Assembly: GCA_029258835.1 (NCBI GenBank)
Contig: JAPDJY010000025.1
Coordinates: forward strand, 1 to 62,775
Length of the DNA stretch: 62,775 nucleotides
Reading direction: 5' to 3'
Source: Thermoproteota archaeon
Lineage (GTDB): Archaea; Asgardarchaeota; Jordiarchaeia; Jordiarchaeales; Freyrarchaeaceae
The position numbers and the translations under genes were made by a program. Positions 30,007-39,415 of the stretch are shown one piece after another (positions within the stretch are counted from its first letter, which is position 1; each line of letters starts with the position of its first letter). The notes under the pieces are model-generated. The model did not search any database. It saw nothing but the letters and a program-made list of their open reading frames with translations, and was not told the DNA's origin.

Positions 30007-30693
30007 GTGCTGTGGTTGCTTGATGCTTGGCTGACAGACTTGCTGGTTAGCGTGGCGGCACTTGTCTTTCTAGGGTTCATGACTGCCTTCACCGTTAACT
30101 ATTTTGTCGGCTTGAGGCGGAACAGGAGATTGATGGAAAAGTACTGGACCTTACTAAATGAATGGTTTAAGGAAGGTTTCCGCGTGGTTGGGCATAAAGC
30201 TTACAGGCTTAGTGGGTTTAACGTTAAGTGTAAGGCTAAAAGGGAGCCCTTAGACGACTTGGATGTCACCCTCTACCTAGTTAGCAGAGAAAACCTTTTA
30301 CATCACGTAGTGTCAAGGTTTAGGCCTCATAGCGACATGTTCCTTTGCAAGGCTAACTTCAAAGCGAAGCCGCGGTTATCAATGGAGATCTTCAACCCGA
30401 GCAAGGTCGAGGCGCCGGGGGAGGGCATGCTCAAAGTTGACGACTTGGATGGGTTAGAGGTTTGGGCTTCAAACGTTGACGCTGCTAAGGAAATACTGGA
30501 AAGAGGAGGGTTAAAAGGAGAGGTAACACGCGTTAAAGATCTTATAGTTAGGATTTCGGTGAGAAGGGAGAAGCCACACCTAATTTACTCTTTCACTCCA
30601 AGCGAGACCAAAACCGTAACGGCCCTTAGACTTGCAGAGGAAGTAGGTAAGTGCCTTAAGCCGAGCAGGCCTAAACCCAAGATCGCAGGGTAA
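30007..30693 (+). CDS. CCDC47/DUF1682-like membrane-anchored protein
   Basis: TM helix then NYFVGxRRNxRL...W...F..VG and LxxRENLL...RxRPxSD, matching my recollection of conserved CCDC47 segments. Confidence 0.6.
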   Translation: MLWLLDAWLTDLLVSVAALVFLGFMTAFTVNYFVGLRRNRRLMEKYWTLLNEWFKEGFRVVGHKAYRLSGFNVKCKAKREPLDDLDVTLYLVSRENLLHHVVSRFRPHSDMFLCKANFKAKPRLSMEIFNPSKVEAPGEGMLKVDDLDGLEVWASNVDAAKEILERGGLKGEVTRVKDLIVRISVRREKPHLIYSFTPSETKTVTALRLAEEVGKCLKPSRPKPKIAG

Positions 30694-30696
30694 CGG

Positions 30697-31365
30697 TTAC
30701 GGTGGAGCTTTCTTGAAGAATCCCGGCTTTACTTCTATTATTAAGCCCCGATTATGGAGGGCTTCTATCGCTTCTTCGACTTGTTGAGGGGAAAATCCCT
30801 GTTCAGCGAGCAGTTCAACTATCTCAGACTCTGAAAGGGAGGAGCGTGAAAGGGCGTCTAGTACTACTTTATAGATGTTTCCCGTCTTCCGGGATTTAAC
30901 CTCAGGTTTGCGCTTGCGGTCTATAAACTTGAGGGTCCATGGGGTGGGGAAGAAAACTATGCCCTTCACCCCTAGTTCCGGCAGCTTCTCCCTAACCCAT
31001 CCAGGGTCTAAATCGTATTCTTTACAGAGAGAGTCTAACGCGTCAAGCGATATAGGGGTATCCGAGCATCTTTCTGCGAGCATTTTGAGGAGGAGCGATG
31101 AGCTTCGCACACCCTCCCGTGGAGGTAGCCTAGCGTCTTCACCCTTCATTCTTATGGCTTGCTTCACGTTTGGAGGAGCTTCCTTCGCATTCCGATACCT
31201 CACCAGCTCGCTGGCTCTCCTGGCGTCTCCAACAATCTCGGCTCGTGAAAGGTCAACCTTAATTATCTTTCCGCAATTAGAGCAAAGCCTACTTTTGCTG
31301 GATGCTGGCGCGAAGGTGTAGCGTCCACATTTAGGACATTTAAATACGGCGTAGCCAGCCTTCAA
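30697..31365 (-). CDS. DUF1922-like zinc-ribbon protein with C-terminal wHTH
   Basis: YAVFKCPKCG...CSNCG; C-terminal helix-turn-helix + GLIIEVKPGFF wing; TTG at 31365 after GGAGGGAG. Confidence 0.7.
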   Translation of the reverse strand: MKAGYAVFKCPKCGRYTFAPASSKSRLCSNCGKIIKVDLSRAEIVGDARRASELVRYRNAKEAPPNVKQAIRMKGEDARLPPREGVRSSSLLLKMLAERCSDTPISLDALDSLCKEYDLDPGWVREKLPELGVKGIVFFPTPWTLKFIDRKRKPEVKSRKTGNIYKVVLDALSRSSLSESEIVELLAEQGFSPQQVEEAIEALHNRGLIIEVKPGFFKKAPP

Positions 31366-31484
31366 TGGTCTCCCTCCATGAACCGATTTATTTTTAGGGA
31401 GAGAAATATTATAAAGTAAGGGGGTACATAGAGAATTTGCCACGTTTTTCGTCGATGCCCTGATGCTGATGGAGTTGAAGGCTG

Positions 31485-32015
31485 ATGGACGCAGAGGTGC
31501 TCGCCGAGCTTAAGTCGTACCTTGACAAGGAAATAGCCGAAATGACGTATAAAATTGAGATTCTTAAGAAGATTAGGGAAATCATCGAGAAAGAGTTGAA
31601 AGCGGTGAGCTTTAAGACGGCTGCGGAGGTCATGGAGACTGATAAGCAGGCTAAAGAGGAAAGGGTTATACCCTTGCTTTCAAAGGACGGAGGGGTGCTC
31701 GCCGAGATCTACGTTAGGAAGGATATGCTTAGGATCGTGCCTTCGGCAGGCATAGATTTCAGCTATAATTCCCCTCCCATCGCTTCATTTCTCATAGGGA
31801 AAGTTCTAGCAAGCATGGTTGAGGAGGATAGGCGGCTGCTCGAGGAGGGTAAGATCTCGGAGGAGGAGAGGTTAAAGTACGAGGTCAACGTTTCCGGTGA
31901 CGCGTTAAAGGAGATCGTGGTTTTCAACTATAGAGACCAGCGGAGGCTTAACAGGATTAGGGAAGCCGCTAAGTGGGCTTTCCAGAAGGCGTACGAGCAG
32001 GAACGGTCTAAGTAG
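31485..32015 (+). CDS. Conserved archaeal hypothetical protein (N-terminal coiled coil)
   Basis: 176-aa ORF, SFKTAAE, NYRDxxRLxxI...W. Confidence 0.75.
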   Translation: MDAEVLAELKSYLDKEIAEMTYKIEILKKIREIIEKELKAVSFKTAAEVMETDKQAKEERVIPLLSKDGGVLAEIYVRKDMLRIVPSAGIDFSYNSPPIASFLIGKVLASMVEEDRRLLEEGKISEEERLKYEVNVSGDALKEIVVFNYRDQRRLNRIREAAKWAFQKAYEQERSK

Positions 32016-32027
32016 GCTGGAGGCTGC

Positions 32028-32669
32028 GTGAGGAATGATAAGGGGGAAGGGGTGGTGTTTTACAATTATTTTTCAGGTAGGGACGTCTTCGCCCTCAGCG
32101 AGGAGGAGGTTGAACTAATTAAGGACGCTTACAAGTTTTTCGTGAAGAATGATGTGGAGGAGGCGCTCTCAGTTTACGCTGTCACGATCCTTAAGCGCTA
32201 CGTGGAAGCCGCCGGCTTACCGAAGGAGAGGGAGGCGGCGTATACTGCATCGATATATTTGGCTAGTAGGCATCCATTCTCTTTCCCCAACCACGTTTCC
32301 AAGGGAGAGTTTGCGGAGAGGTTTAGGCTTAAGGCGAGCAGCCTTGAATGGTACGCTGAAACGATAAGTGAAAGGCTGGGGTTCATTAAGATCTACGATT
32401 ATAATAGGTTTCCATACTATATAGATCCTGAAAGCGTGATAGGAACCGTTCTATGTTCGGTTGTTAAGTCAACGGTTGAGGAGATAGGAGTGCGAACAAT
32501 GCTTGGCATAGAGGTGATGAATGAGGACGAAGTGGTTGAAGGCCTAGTTGAAAGGCTTGTTGACAGGCTAAAAATAGTGCCGCCAATCTTTAGGAGGGAA
32601 ATGCACAGGGTGATTAGAGAATTAATGTATAGGGAAATTGAAAAGTTGAGAGAGAGGAGGAGTGTTTGA
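32028..32669 (+). CDS. Hypothetical protein with cyclin/TFIIB-like helical repeat
   Basis: AAYTASIYLASR...SKGEFAERFRLKASSL resembles a TFIIB cyclin-fold repeat. Confidence 0.5.
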   Translation: MRNDKGEGVVFYNYFSGRDVFALSEEEVELIKDAYKFFVKNDVEEALSVYAVTILKRYVEAAGLPKEREAAYTASIYLASRHPFSFPNHVSKGEFAERFRLKASSLEWYAETISERLGFIKIYDYNRFPYYIDPESVIGTVLCSVVKSTVEEIGVRTMLGIEVMNEDEVVEGLVERLVDRLKIVPPIFRREMHRVIRELMYREIEKLRERRSV

Positions 32670-33412
32670 GGCTTAGAGTGCCGACCGTAAGGGTGAAGGG
32701 GAGAGAAATACCAAGAGTACTGCTTGGAACATCCCCCTTCCTCGGCGCAGGGCAGTTTGGTGTGAGGGCGTACGAGTACTACAGAGCATTTTTTCGGCAA
32801 CCTGAGAACATAACAAGGTTGGTTGAGGGATGCATAGAGATGGGTGTTAACGGCGTCCAGCTGGTTGCCTACCCTCAGATAGGTAAGGCGATTAGGAAGG
32901 CGGAAGAAAACGTTGGACGGCGACTTATCGTTGTGGGAAGCTTACCTTACGATATCCCTGAGCGAGCGTTAGAGTGTCTTTCAGAGTTTAAGACTGTAGC
33001 CGCTTTGCTTCATGGGGAGCAGACGGATAAAATGGATATGAACGAGAATCGCAGATGGCTGAGGAGGATAGAGAGGGAGGGATACCTAACCGGCGTTGTA
33101 ACGCATAGTCCAAGTAGAACAATCCCCGCCATCCTTAAGGAGCTAGAATTTGACATATTAATGCTTCCACTAAACAAAGTTGGATATTTGATGGGTGACA
33201 GACGAGAGGAACTGATTGATAGAATAAAGGAAAGTGACGTCTACGTTATAGCCATGAAGCCATTAGCCGCTGGCAGGATAAAGCCTGAAGCAGCCATGAA
33301 GTACCTTTTCTCCATCGGGAAAGTTGGGTCGGTTGCTGTGGGCGTGGCATCCATAGAGGAGGCAAAAGAAACTTTTTCATCAGCCATAAAAGCCCTGACG
33401 GAGTCAACCTGA
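32666..33412 (+). CDS. Aldo/keto reductase-like protein
   Basis: IPRVLLGTSPF, GVVTH, VIAMKPLAAGR, VAVGVAS..EA. Confidence 0.8.
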   Translation: MRLRVPTVRVKGREIPRVLLGTSPFLGAGQFGVRAYEYYRAFFRQPENITRLVEGCIEMGVNGVQLVAYPQIGKAIRKAEENVGRRLIVVGSLPYDIPERALECLSEFKTVAALLHGEQTDKMDMNENRRWLRRIEREGYLTGVVTHSPSRTIPAILKELEFDILMLPLNKVGYLMGDRREELIDRIKESDVYVIAMKPLAAGRIKPEAAMKYLFSIGKVGSVAVGVASIEEAKETFSSAIKALTEST

Positions 33413-33466
33413 AGACCCAGCAGGGAACATAAAGTTCACTGGCTAGGAGATGAGAAGGGTTAAGAG

Positions 33467-34147
33467 CTACTTGTTTTTGCAGGATAATGCCAGTTCGTAG
33501 CAGTATATTATCCGGGAAACTACAGTCCACGCGTCGAGAACCCTGTGATGGATTGAGACTTGCTCGTCTGCGAGCAGGAGGGTGGACTCTGAGAAGGAGC
33601 CGTGGGGAAAGCCTCCAACTATCGTTGCTATCCTCCCTAAGGGCTGTTGCGCCATGTAATCGTCCAGCTTCACAGGTTTCCCTCCCTCACTAAATAAAAT
33701 GATTTTTTCAGGGTTTAACTCTTTCATGAGTTCCGCTAAGGTTTTCTCTTTAAGAGTTAGGAGTGGGGGGGAGGAGGGAGGGACTTGGCCGTGCTCGTAA
33801 AGCTGCTCTATTAATCCTATGAAGCGGTTGTAGTTTCTCGGAAGCCTCACTTCAGGATTCACCTCTATCACTTTGTCTTGGATGGTGTGAACGAAAACTC
33901 TGAGGAGGCCTTCCATGTTAAGAGGAGTGCCTAGAGCGCAGAGGAGTGATATGTGAACGATGTCTGGTCGCCCTCTTTTCTCGCTCATCGGGAGACGACG
34001 TATAAGCTGGGGGTAAAGCGACGAGTCAAGGATGAGGGCGGATGGCTTCTTACCTTTCCGCCTTGCCAGCCTACGTATTATTGGATCTGAGTGAAACTTG
34101 CGAGGTACAGGTTCCAAGGCAGACTCCGCTAGAATCAAGAACAGCAT
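33467..34147 (-). CDS. nep1: 16S rRNA pseudouridine N1-methyltransferase Nep1/Emg1
   Basis: LILAESALE, KRGRPDIVH, RLPRNYNRFIGL, GGFPHG; ATG at 34147. Confidence 0.95.
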   Translation of the reverse strand: MLFLILAESALEPVPRKFHSDPIIRRLARRKGKKPSALILDSSLYPQLIRRLPMSEKRGRPDIVHISLLCALGTPLNMEGLLRVFVHTIQDKVIEVNPEVRLPRNYNRFIGLIEQLYEHGQVPPSSPPLLTLKEKTLAELMKELNPEKIILFSEGGKPVKLDDYMAQQPLGRIATIVGGFPHGSFSESTLLLADEQVSIHHRVLDAWTVVSRIIYCYELALSCKNK

Positions 34148-34274
34148 CACATTAACCCCTTTAAGGTGGATGGCCAAAACGTAAAAAGCGTTGAAGCATC
34201 TAAGAGAACTTAAGAAGAAAGAAGGGAAAAGGTTTTCTGGTGATGAATGCACCCATGGCTTGAAGGTGTAATGG

Positions 34275-34613
34275 TTGATTCGGATTAGCAGACGGCCTAG
34301 CAGGAAGGACGTCAAGAAGATAGCTATCAGCAGAATGAAAAGGCTTATGGAGCTTGCAGAGAAGGTGTTCTCAGAAGATCAAGAGCTGGCGCAGAGGTAT
34401 GTTGAGCTGGCTAGAGCAATTGGGGCTAAAGCGAACGTGAGGTTTCCGAAGTGGCTACGTAGGAGGATATGCCGGCACTGTGGGGCATACCTGTGGCCAG
34501 GAGTTAGCTGCAGGGTGCGTCTCAGAATCAACAGGAGCCCACATGTAACAGTCACATGCCTCAAATGTAAAAGGCAAATGAGATATTACTATAAAGTTAG
34601 AAAGGAAGGTTAG
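34275..34613 (+). CDS. rnp4: RNase P protein component 4 (Rpp21)
   Basis: IAxxRMxxL, RYVELA, ICRHC...CLKC..RY. Confidence 0.93.
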   Translation: MIRISRRPSRKDVKKIAISRMKRLMELAEKVFSEDQELAQRYVELARAIGAKANVRFPKWLRRRICRHCGAYLWPGVSCRVRLRINRSPHVTVTCLKCKRQMRYYYKVRKEG

Positions 34614-34722
34614 ATAAGGAATTTTGATTAGGTGGCTTCCCCGTTTACATCTAGCAAAATTTATATTAGTTTGAGGTATTTGTCTCCCCACCAAAGCTGG
34701 GAAGTTTCGAGGAGGATTTTGA

Positions 34723-35181
34723 ATGGTGAGTGCTTACGACGTGCCGGCATGGGACCTGATAAGGGAGGTAGCTAAAATACTTAAGGAGGAGTATCCATCT
34801 GTGAGCCCGCCTCCAGGATATCAGTTCTGGAAAACAGGAGTTCATAAGGAGGTTCCACCGGAGCAGGCAGACTGGTGGTACATAAGGTGTGCTTCGATAC
34901 TCCGAAAACTGTACGTTCACGGCCCTGTCGGCGTATCACGTCTCAGAACGGCTTACGGAGGTAGGAAGAGGAGGGGAGTTAGACCTGAACACTTCGCGAA
35001 GGGTAGCGGATCCATCATTAGGCGGGCGCTTCAGCAGTTAGAGGAAGCAGGATTGGTTGAGAAGGTTGAAAAGGAAGGGAGAAGGATAACGAATAAAGGG
35101 CGGTCTCTTCTAGATAGAACAGCATATAAGATAAGTTTAAAGCTTAGAAAGGAGATCCCTGAAATTAAGAGCTATCTTTAA
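34723..35181 (+). CDS. rps19e: 30S ribosomal protein S19e
   Basis: KTGVHKE, DWWYIRCASILRK, YGGRKRRG. Confidence 0.97.
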   Translation: MVSAYDVPAWDLIREVAKILKEEYPSVSPPPGYQFWKTGVHKEVPPEQADWWYIRCASILRKLYVHGPVGVSRLRTAYGGRKRRGVRPEHFAKGSGSIIRRALQQLEEAGLVEKVEKEGRRITNKGRSLLDRTAYKISLKLRKEIPEIKSYL

Positions 35182-35271
35182 TTAGGATCCATGTTTGCAT
35201 TAATGTTCGATTAATGAGCGGCTTGCCACATTTCTATTAGGGCCGTTAAGGCGTTAACTGGGTGGTTTACG

Positions 35272-35601
35272 TTGTCCGAGGAGGAGCTTGAGGAGATAAG
35301 AAGAAGGAGAATGCTTGAGCTTCAAAGGCAGATTGCTGAGGCGCAAAGGCAGGAGGAGATCAGGCGGGAAATGGAGGCTCAAAAGCAGGCTGCTCTCAGG
35401 CAGATTCTAACCCCTGAGGCAAGGGAGAGGTTAGCAAACTTGAAAATGGTTAGGCCGGCTTTCGCGGAGCAGTTGGAAGCCCAGCTTATTCAGCTTGCTC
35501 AGAGCGGGAGGGTTAAGCTGCCCATAACAGATGACATGTTAAAGAGGATCTTGCTTCAGCTTCAGGGTTCCAGGAGGGAAACAAGGGTTAAGTTCAGGTG
35601 A
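35272..35601 (+). CDS. PDCD5/TFAR19-like DNA-binding protein
   Basis: [29 protein letters not shown]. Confidence 0.93.
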   Translation: MSEEELEEIRRRRMLELQRQIAEAQRQEEIRREMEAQKQAALRQILTPEARERLANLKMVRPAFAEQLEAQLIQLAQSGRVKLPITDDMLKRILLQLQGSRRETRVKFR

Positions 35602-35606
35602 TCCTG

Positions 35607-35762
35607 ATGGCTAGAGTTAAACCTTTAGGAAAAAAGTTGAGGCTTGCCAAGGCTAATAAGCAAAATTCTAGCGTTCCAGCATGGGTGATAGTTAAAACAG
35701 CTGGACGTGTAAGGACAAACCCTAAAAGGCGTCATTGGAGGTCAAGTAGGATTAAACCGTAA
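35607..35762 (+). CDS. rpl39e: 50S ribosomal protein L39e (absent from the ORF track)
   Basis: Translated by hand: [31 protein letters not shown]...[13 protein letters not shown]. Confidence 0.95.
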   Translation: MARVKPLGKKLRLAKANKQNSSVPAWVIVKTAGRVRTNPKRRHWRSSRIKP

Positions 35763-35774
35763 AGACGTTGACGG

Positions 35775-36140
35775 GTGGACAGGAAGATGAGCGGGGAAGA
35801 AGCCAAAGTTGAAGGAGTGGAAGAGGAGAAGGGAGAAGAGGGAAAGGTTGAGGAGGAGCGAGAGGTCCCGCTGGTTGAAGAGGAGGAGAAGGAAAGCAGA
35901 ATCTACACTGTACCCTTAAAGAAGGCTTACTACGTTCCTAGGTACAAGAGGGCTAAGAAGGCTGTTAAGATCCTGCGAGAGTTTATTAGAAGGCACATGA
36001 AAGCTGAAAGGGTTATTATTTCCCAGCGTCTCAATGAGAAGATATGGAGTAGGGGGATAGAGAAGCCGCCTAGAAGGGTTAAGGTTAAGGCTGTCAAAAG
36101 CGAGGAAGGCGTTGTCGAAGTAGATCTCGCATCAGAGTAG
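35775..36140 (+). CDS. rpl31e: 50S ribosomal protein L31e (acidic N-terminal extension)
   Basis: RIYTVPL, KRAKKAVK, NEKIWSRGIEKPPRRVKV. Confidence 0.95.
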   Translation: MDRKMSGEEAKVEGVEEEKGEEGKVEEEREVPLVEEEEKESRIYTVPLKKAYYVPRYKRAKKAVKILREFIRRHMKAERVIISQRLNEKIWSRGIEKPPRRVKVKAVKSEEGVVEVDLASE

Positions 36141-36154
36141 GCGAGGGACGTCTT

Positions 36155-36823
36155 TTGGCCGTCACGCGTATAAGATACAAGGGCACTTCTAACATAGGCG
36201 TCTTTATTCTGGCGACGGAGAAATATGCTCTGGTTCCGCCTGACGCTCCAGATAAGGTTTTAAATGTTTTAAAGGAAACCTTAGAGGTCGAAGTGGTTAA
36301 GGCATCCATTGGTGAAAGCAGTATTGTTGGGGTTCTAGCTGCAGGCAACTCTGAGGGTGTTGTGGTGCCATACTACACTTTAGATGAAGAAATAGAGAGG
36401 TTAAGGAAGACCCTACAGGTTGAGGTCGCTAGGGTTCCAGGCAAGATAACGGCTCTCGGCAATGTTGTGCTGGCCAGCGACGATGCAGCTGTCGTCAGCC
36501 CAGAGCTAACAGAGGAAGCTGTTAGCGTGATCGAGGACGCTTTAAACGTTAACGTGCGGAAAGGTACTGTGGCTCGTCTCCCCATAGTTGGGTCTTCGGC
36601 TGTGGCGACAACTAAAGGCGTTCTGGTTCATCCTCAGTCGACCGGAAAGGAGATAATGCTTCTCGAAGAGGTTTTTGGGGTTTCAGTTGACGTTGGAACC
36701 GTTAACAGCGGTATGCCCTATGTTGGTATAGGAATGGTTGCCAACTCCGTTGGGGCTGTAGTGGGCGAGGACACTACAGGACCAGAGATTCAGAACATAA
36801 TAAGTATTTTAGATGTTGCGTGA
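36155..36823 (+). CDS. eif6: Translation initiation factor 6
   Basis: NIGVF, ALGNVVLA, GTVNSG, TTGPE. Confidence 0.95.
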   Translation: MAVTRIRYKGTSNIGVFILATEKYALVPPDAPDKVLNVLKETLEVEVVKASIGESSIVGVLAAGNSEGVVVPYYTLDEEIERLRKTLQVEVARVPGKITALGNVVLASDDAAVVSPELTEEAVSVIEDALNVNVRKGTVARLPIVGSSAVATTKGVLVHPQSTGKEIMLLEEVFGVSVDVGTVNSGMPYVGIGMVANSVGAVVGEDTTGPEIQNIISILDVA

Positions 36824-36838
36824 AACGGGGGTGGCAAC

Positions 36839-37087
36839 GTGAGTTCAGACGGCGAAGTTAGGGTTTTTAGGATTGAAGGTTACTACATTAAAAAGAAGAG
36901 GAAAATATTCTTTAGCGAGGAGGTTCGGGGGTTACGTGAGGAGGATGCGTTAGAGCTAGTTTACTCGAATCTAGGTAGTAGGCATCGTGTTAAGAGGAGA
37001 GAGATTAAAGTAGAACGGGTAAATGTTATTAATCCCGAGGAAGCTAAGAAGGTGATTGTTAGACTTCTCTCCGGATTGGAGACGTGA
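36839..37087 (+). CDS. rplX: 50S ribosomal protein LX/L18Ae
   Basis: VFRIEG, YSNLGSRHRVKR. Confidence 0.93.
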   Translation: MSSDGEVRVFRIEGYYIKKKRKIFFSEEVRGLREEDALELVYSNLGSRHRVKRREIKVERVNVINPEEAKKVIVRLLSGLET

Positions 37088-37530
37088 AGAAAATGTCGGA
37101 AAACGAGCAGAAGTTTAGGTTGGCGTTAAGCCAGCTTAACGCCTACGAGCAACAGGCACAGGTGCTTGAGGGGCGCATAGAAGCCATCAACCAAATGATG
37201 GAAGAGATAGCTAGGGCTAGCGCAGCCCTAGACGAACTTAAGAACATGGTGCCTGACCAAGAGATCCTAGTCTCCTTGGGAGCAGGCACGTTCTTAAAGG
37301 CGAGGGTTGCTGAAAGGGAAAGGGTTGTGTTTCAGGTTGGAGCAGGGGTTGTGATAGAGAAAAGCGTTGATGAGGTTAAAGCTAAGCTGAGTGAGAGGCA
37401 GGGAGAGTTGCAGAAGAGCCTTCAGACTACCGCGCAGCAGCTAGATGCAATAGTAAGGAGGGCGAGGGAGCTTAACAGGCAAGTGCAGGATTTAGCCGCG
37501 AAAATAAGCGAGGAGAGAGGGCTTAGGTAA
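37084..37530 (+). CDS. pfdA: Prefoldin subunit alpha
   Basis: ILVSLGAG...VGAGVVIEK flanked by coiled coils. Confidence 0.93.
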   Translation: MKKMSENEQKFRLALSQLNAYEQQAQVLEGRIEAINQMMEEIARASAALDELKNMVPDQEILVSLGAGTFLKARVAERERVVFQVGAGVVIEKSVDEVKAKLSERQGELQKSLQTTAQQLDAIVRRARELNRQVQDLAAKISEERGLR

Positions 37531-37564
37531 AAGGGTTACATCCTTTGGGAAAAGGCGATGCCAA

Positions 37565-38467
37565 GTGTTCGAGAAGGTTAAAGAGGGACTTGGGAAGGTT
37601 ATCGAGAAGATTAGTGTTAGAGAGCTCAGTGAGAAGGAGCTTGACGAGGTGCTCTGGGAACTTCAGCTTGTACTCCTTCAAAACGACGTGTCCCTTAAAG
37701 TTGCAGAGCAGATAGCTTGGAGCGTAAAGGAGAAGCTTGTGGGCGAGAAGGTCAGAAGGTTTAGTGACGTAAGGGGCATGGTCAGGGAGGCTCTTAGGGA
37801 GGCCATTCTAGAAGTACTGGAGAGCGGAGGGAAAATAGACCTGTTCGGGATTCTGGAGGAGAAGAAGAGGAGGAGGGAACCGCTTGTAATGGTTTTCGTC
37901 GGCGTTAACGGAACCGGGAAAACGACGACTATAGCGAAGCTCGCCTGGCTACTTCAGAAGAAGGGGTACACGTGTGTTCTTGCGGCTGCAGACACGTTCA
38001 GGGCTGGAAGCATAGAGCAAATAGAGAAACATGCAAAGAGGCTGGGTGTTAAACTTGTGAAGCAGTCTTACCATGCCGACGCGGCGGCAGTAGCATGGGA
38101 TGCCGTGGAGCACGCGAAGGCTAAATTCATAAACGCGGTTCTAGTTGATACTGCTGGAAGGATGCAAACTGATAGGAACCTCCTTGAAGAAATGAAGAAG
38201 ATCGTAAGGGTTGCTGATCCAGACCTCAAGGTATTCGTTGGAGACGCGTTAACGGGTAACGACGCTGTGGAGCAGGCGGAGAAGTTTAACGAGGCGATAG
38301 GCTTAGACGCGATAATTCTAACAAAGGTTGATGCTGACGTTAGGGGGGGCACCGCATTGTCGGTGACCTACGCTACCAGGAAGCCGATCATCTTCGTCGG
38401 GGTAGGGCAGGGATACGACGACTTAGAAGAGTTTGACCCAAAGTGGTTTGCAGACAGGATACTTTAG
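37565..38467 (+). CDS. ftsY: SRP receptor FtsY
   Basis: GVNGTGKTTT, DTFRAG, DTAGR, TKVD. Confidence 0.96.
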   Translation: MFEKVKEGLGKVIEKISVRELSEKELDEVLWELQLVLLQNDVSLKVAEQIAWSVKEKLVGEKVRRFSDVRGMVREALREAILEVLESGGKIDLFGILEEKKRRREPLVMVFVGVNGTGKTTTIAKLAWLLQKKGYTCVLAAADTFRAGSIEQIEKHAKRLGVKLVKQSYHADAAAVAWDAVEHAKAKFINAVLVDTAGRMQTDRNLLEEMKKIVRVADPDLKVFVGDALTGNDAVEQAEKFNEAIGLDAIILTKVDADVRGGTALSVTYATRKPIIFVGVGQGYDDLEEFDPKWFADRIL

Positions 38468-38488
38468 CGATTTAGCAAGGGAGACGGG

Positions 38489-39406
38489 ATGAAGGCTAGG
38501 TGCTTCTTAACGTTAAAGGATCTTTCACGAATGGAGGTGGAGGCTCTCATCAATAGGGCAGAAGAAATGAAGAGGAGGAAGGAAAAATCCGATGTTTTAA
38601 GGGGGAAGGTTTTAGCTGCCTTGTTCCTCAAGCCCTCGACTAGGACGAGGGTTTCCTTTGAAGTCGCCGTGAGGCATCTAGGCGGAGAGATTATTTTTCT
38701 TAGGGGGGACGAGTTACAGCTCGTTAGGGGGGAGACATTAAAGGATACCGCTAGAGTTCTTGGAAGGTACGTTGACGGGTTAATTGCTAGGGTGTACGGC
38801 CATGAGGACCTTGAAGTGCTAGCCGAGTATTCAGGTGTTCCCGTCATAAACGCTTTAAGCAACATGTACCATCCATGTCAGGTTCTCGCTGACATGCTCA
38901 CCTTAAAGGAGAGGTTTGGCAGGCTTGAAGGAGTCAACTTGGCTTACGTTGGGGACGGAAATAATGTCTGCCATTCCCTTCTCATCGGATGCAGTATGCT
39001 TGGAGTTAATATAAGAGTGGCTACCCCTAAAGGCTACGAGCCGTCAGAAGGCGTGGTCAGGGCAGCCCTTGTCAGCGCTGAGAGGTCAGGAGCCGAGGTG
39101 AAGGTCATCGATTCCCCGAGAGAGGCTGTTAAGGGAGCAGATGTCGTTTACACCGACGTTTTTGTGAGTATGGGAGAGGAGGGGGAGGCAGAGGAAAAGC
39201 TATCAACTTTTCTACCAAGGTTTCAGGTTAACAAGGCGTTGCTAAGGGAGGCTAAGCCGGACGCTGTGGTGATGCACTGCCTCCCAGCTCACAGAGGAGA
39301 GGAGATAACCGACGACGTTTTAGAGAGCGACAGGTCTATTGTGTGGGATCAGGCAGAGAACAGGCTTCACGTTCAGAAAGCGCTGTTAGAGTTCCTTTTC
39401 AGGTAG
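38489..39406 (+). CDS. argF: Ornithine carbamoyltransferase
   Basis: STRTR, HPCQ, GDGNNV, SMG, HCLP. Confidence 0.95.
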   Translation: MKARCFLTLKDLSRMEVEALINRAEEMKRRKEKSDVLRGKVLAALFLKPSTRTRVSFEVAVRHLGGEIIFLRGDELQLVRGETLKDTARVLGRYVDGLIARVYGHEDLEVLAEYSGVPVINALSNMYHPCQVLADMLTLKERFGRLEGVNLAYVGDGNNVCHSLLIGCSMLGVNIRVATPKGYEPSEGVVRAALVSAERSGAEVKVIDSPREAVKGADVVYTDVFVSMGEEGEAEEKLSTFLPRFQVNKALLREAKPDAVVMHCLPAHRGEEITDDVLESDRSIVWDQAENRLHVQKALLEFLFR

Positions 39407-39415
39407 CAGTGAGGG

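Noticed and set aside
34238-34295. C/D box sRNA (GTGATGA...TTGA) upstream of rnp4; similar ATGATGA at 6604 and 24071
   Set aside because: No properly spaced CUGA D/D' boxes
33467-34315. Track-called long N-termini for nep1, aroE, ABCE1, rbsK and the DUF1922 protein
   Set aside because: Extensions overlap neighbours or lack homology; downstream SD-preceded starts fit the family N-termini
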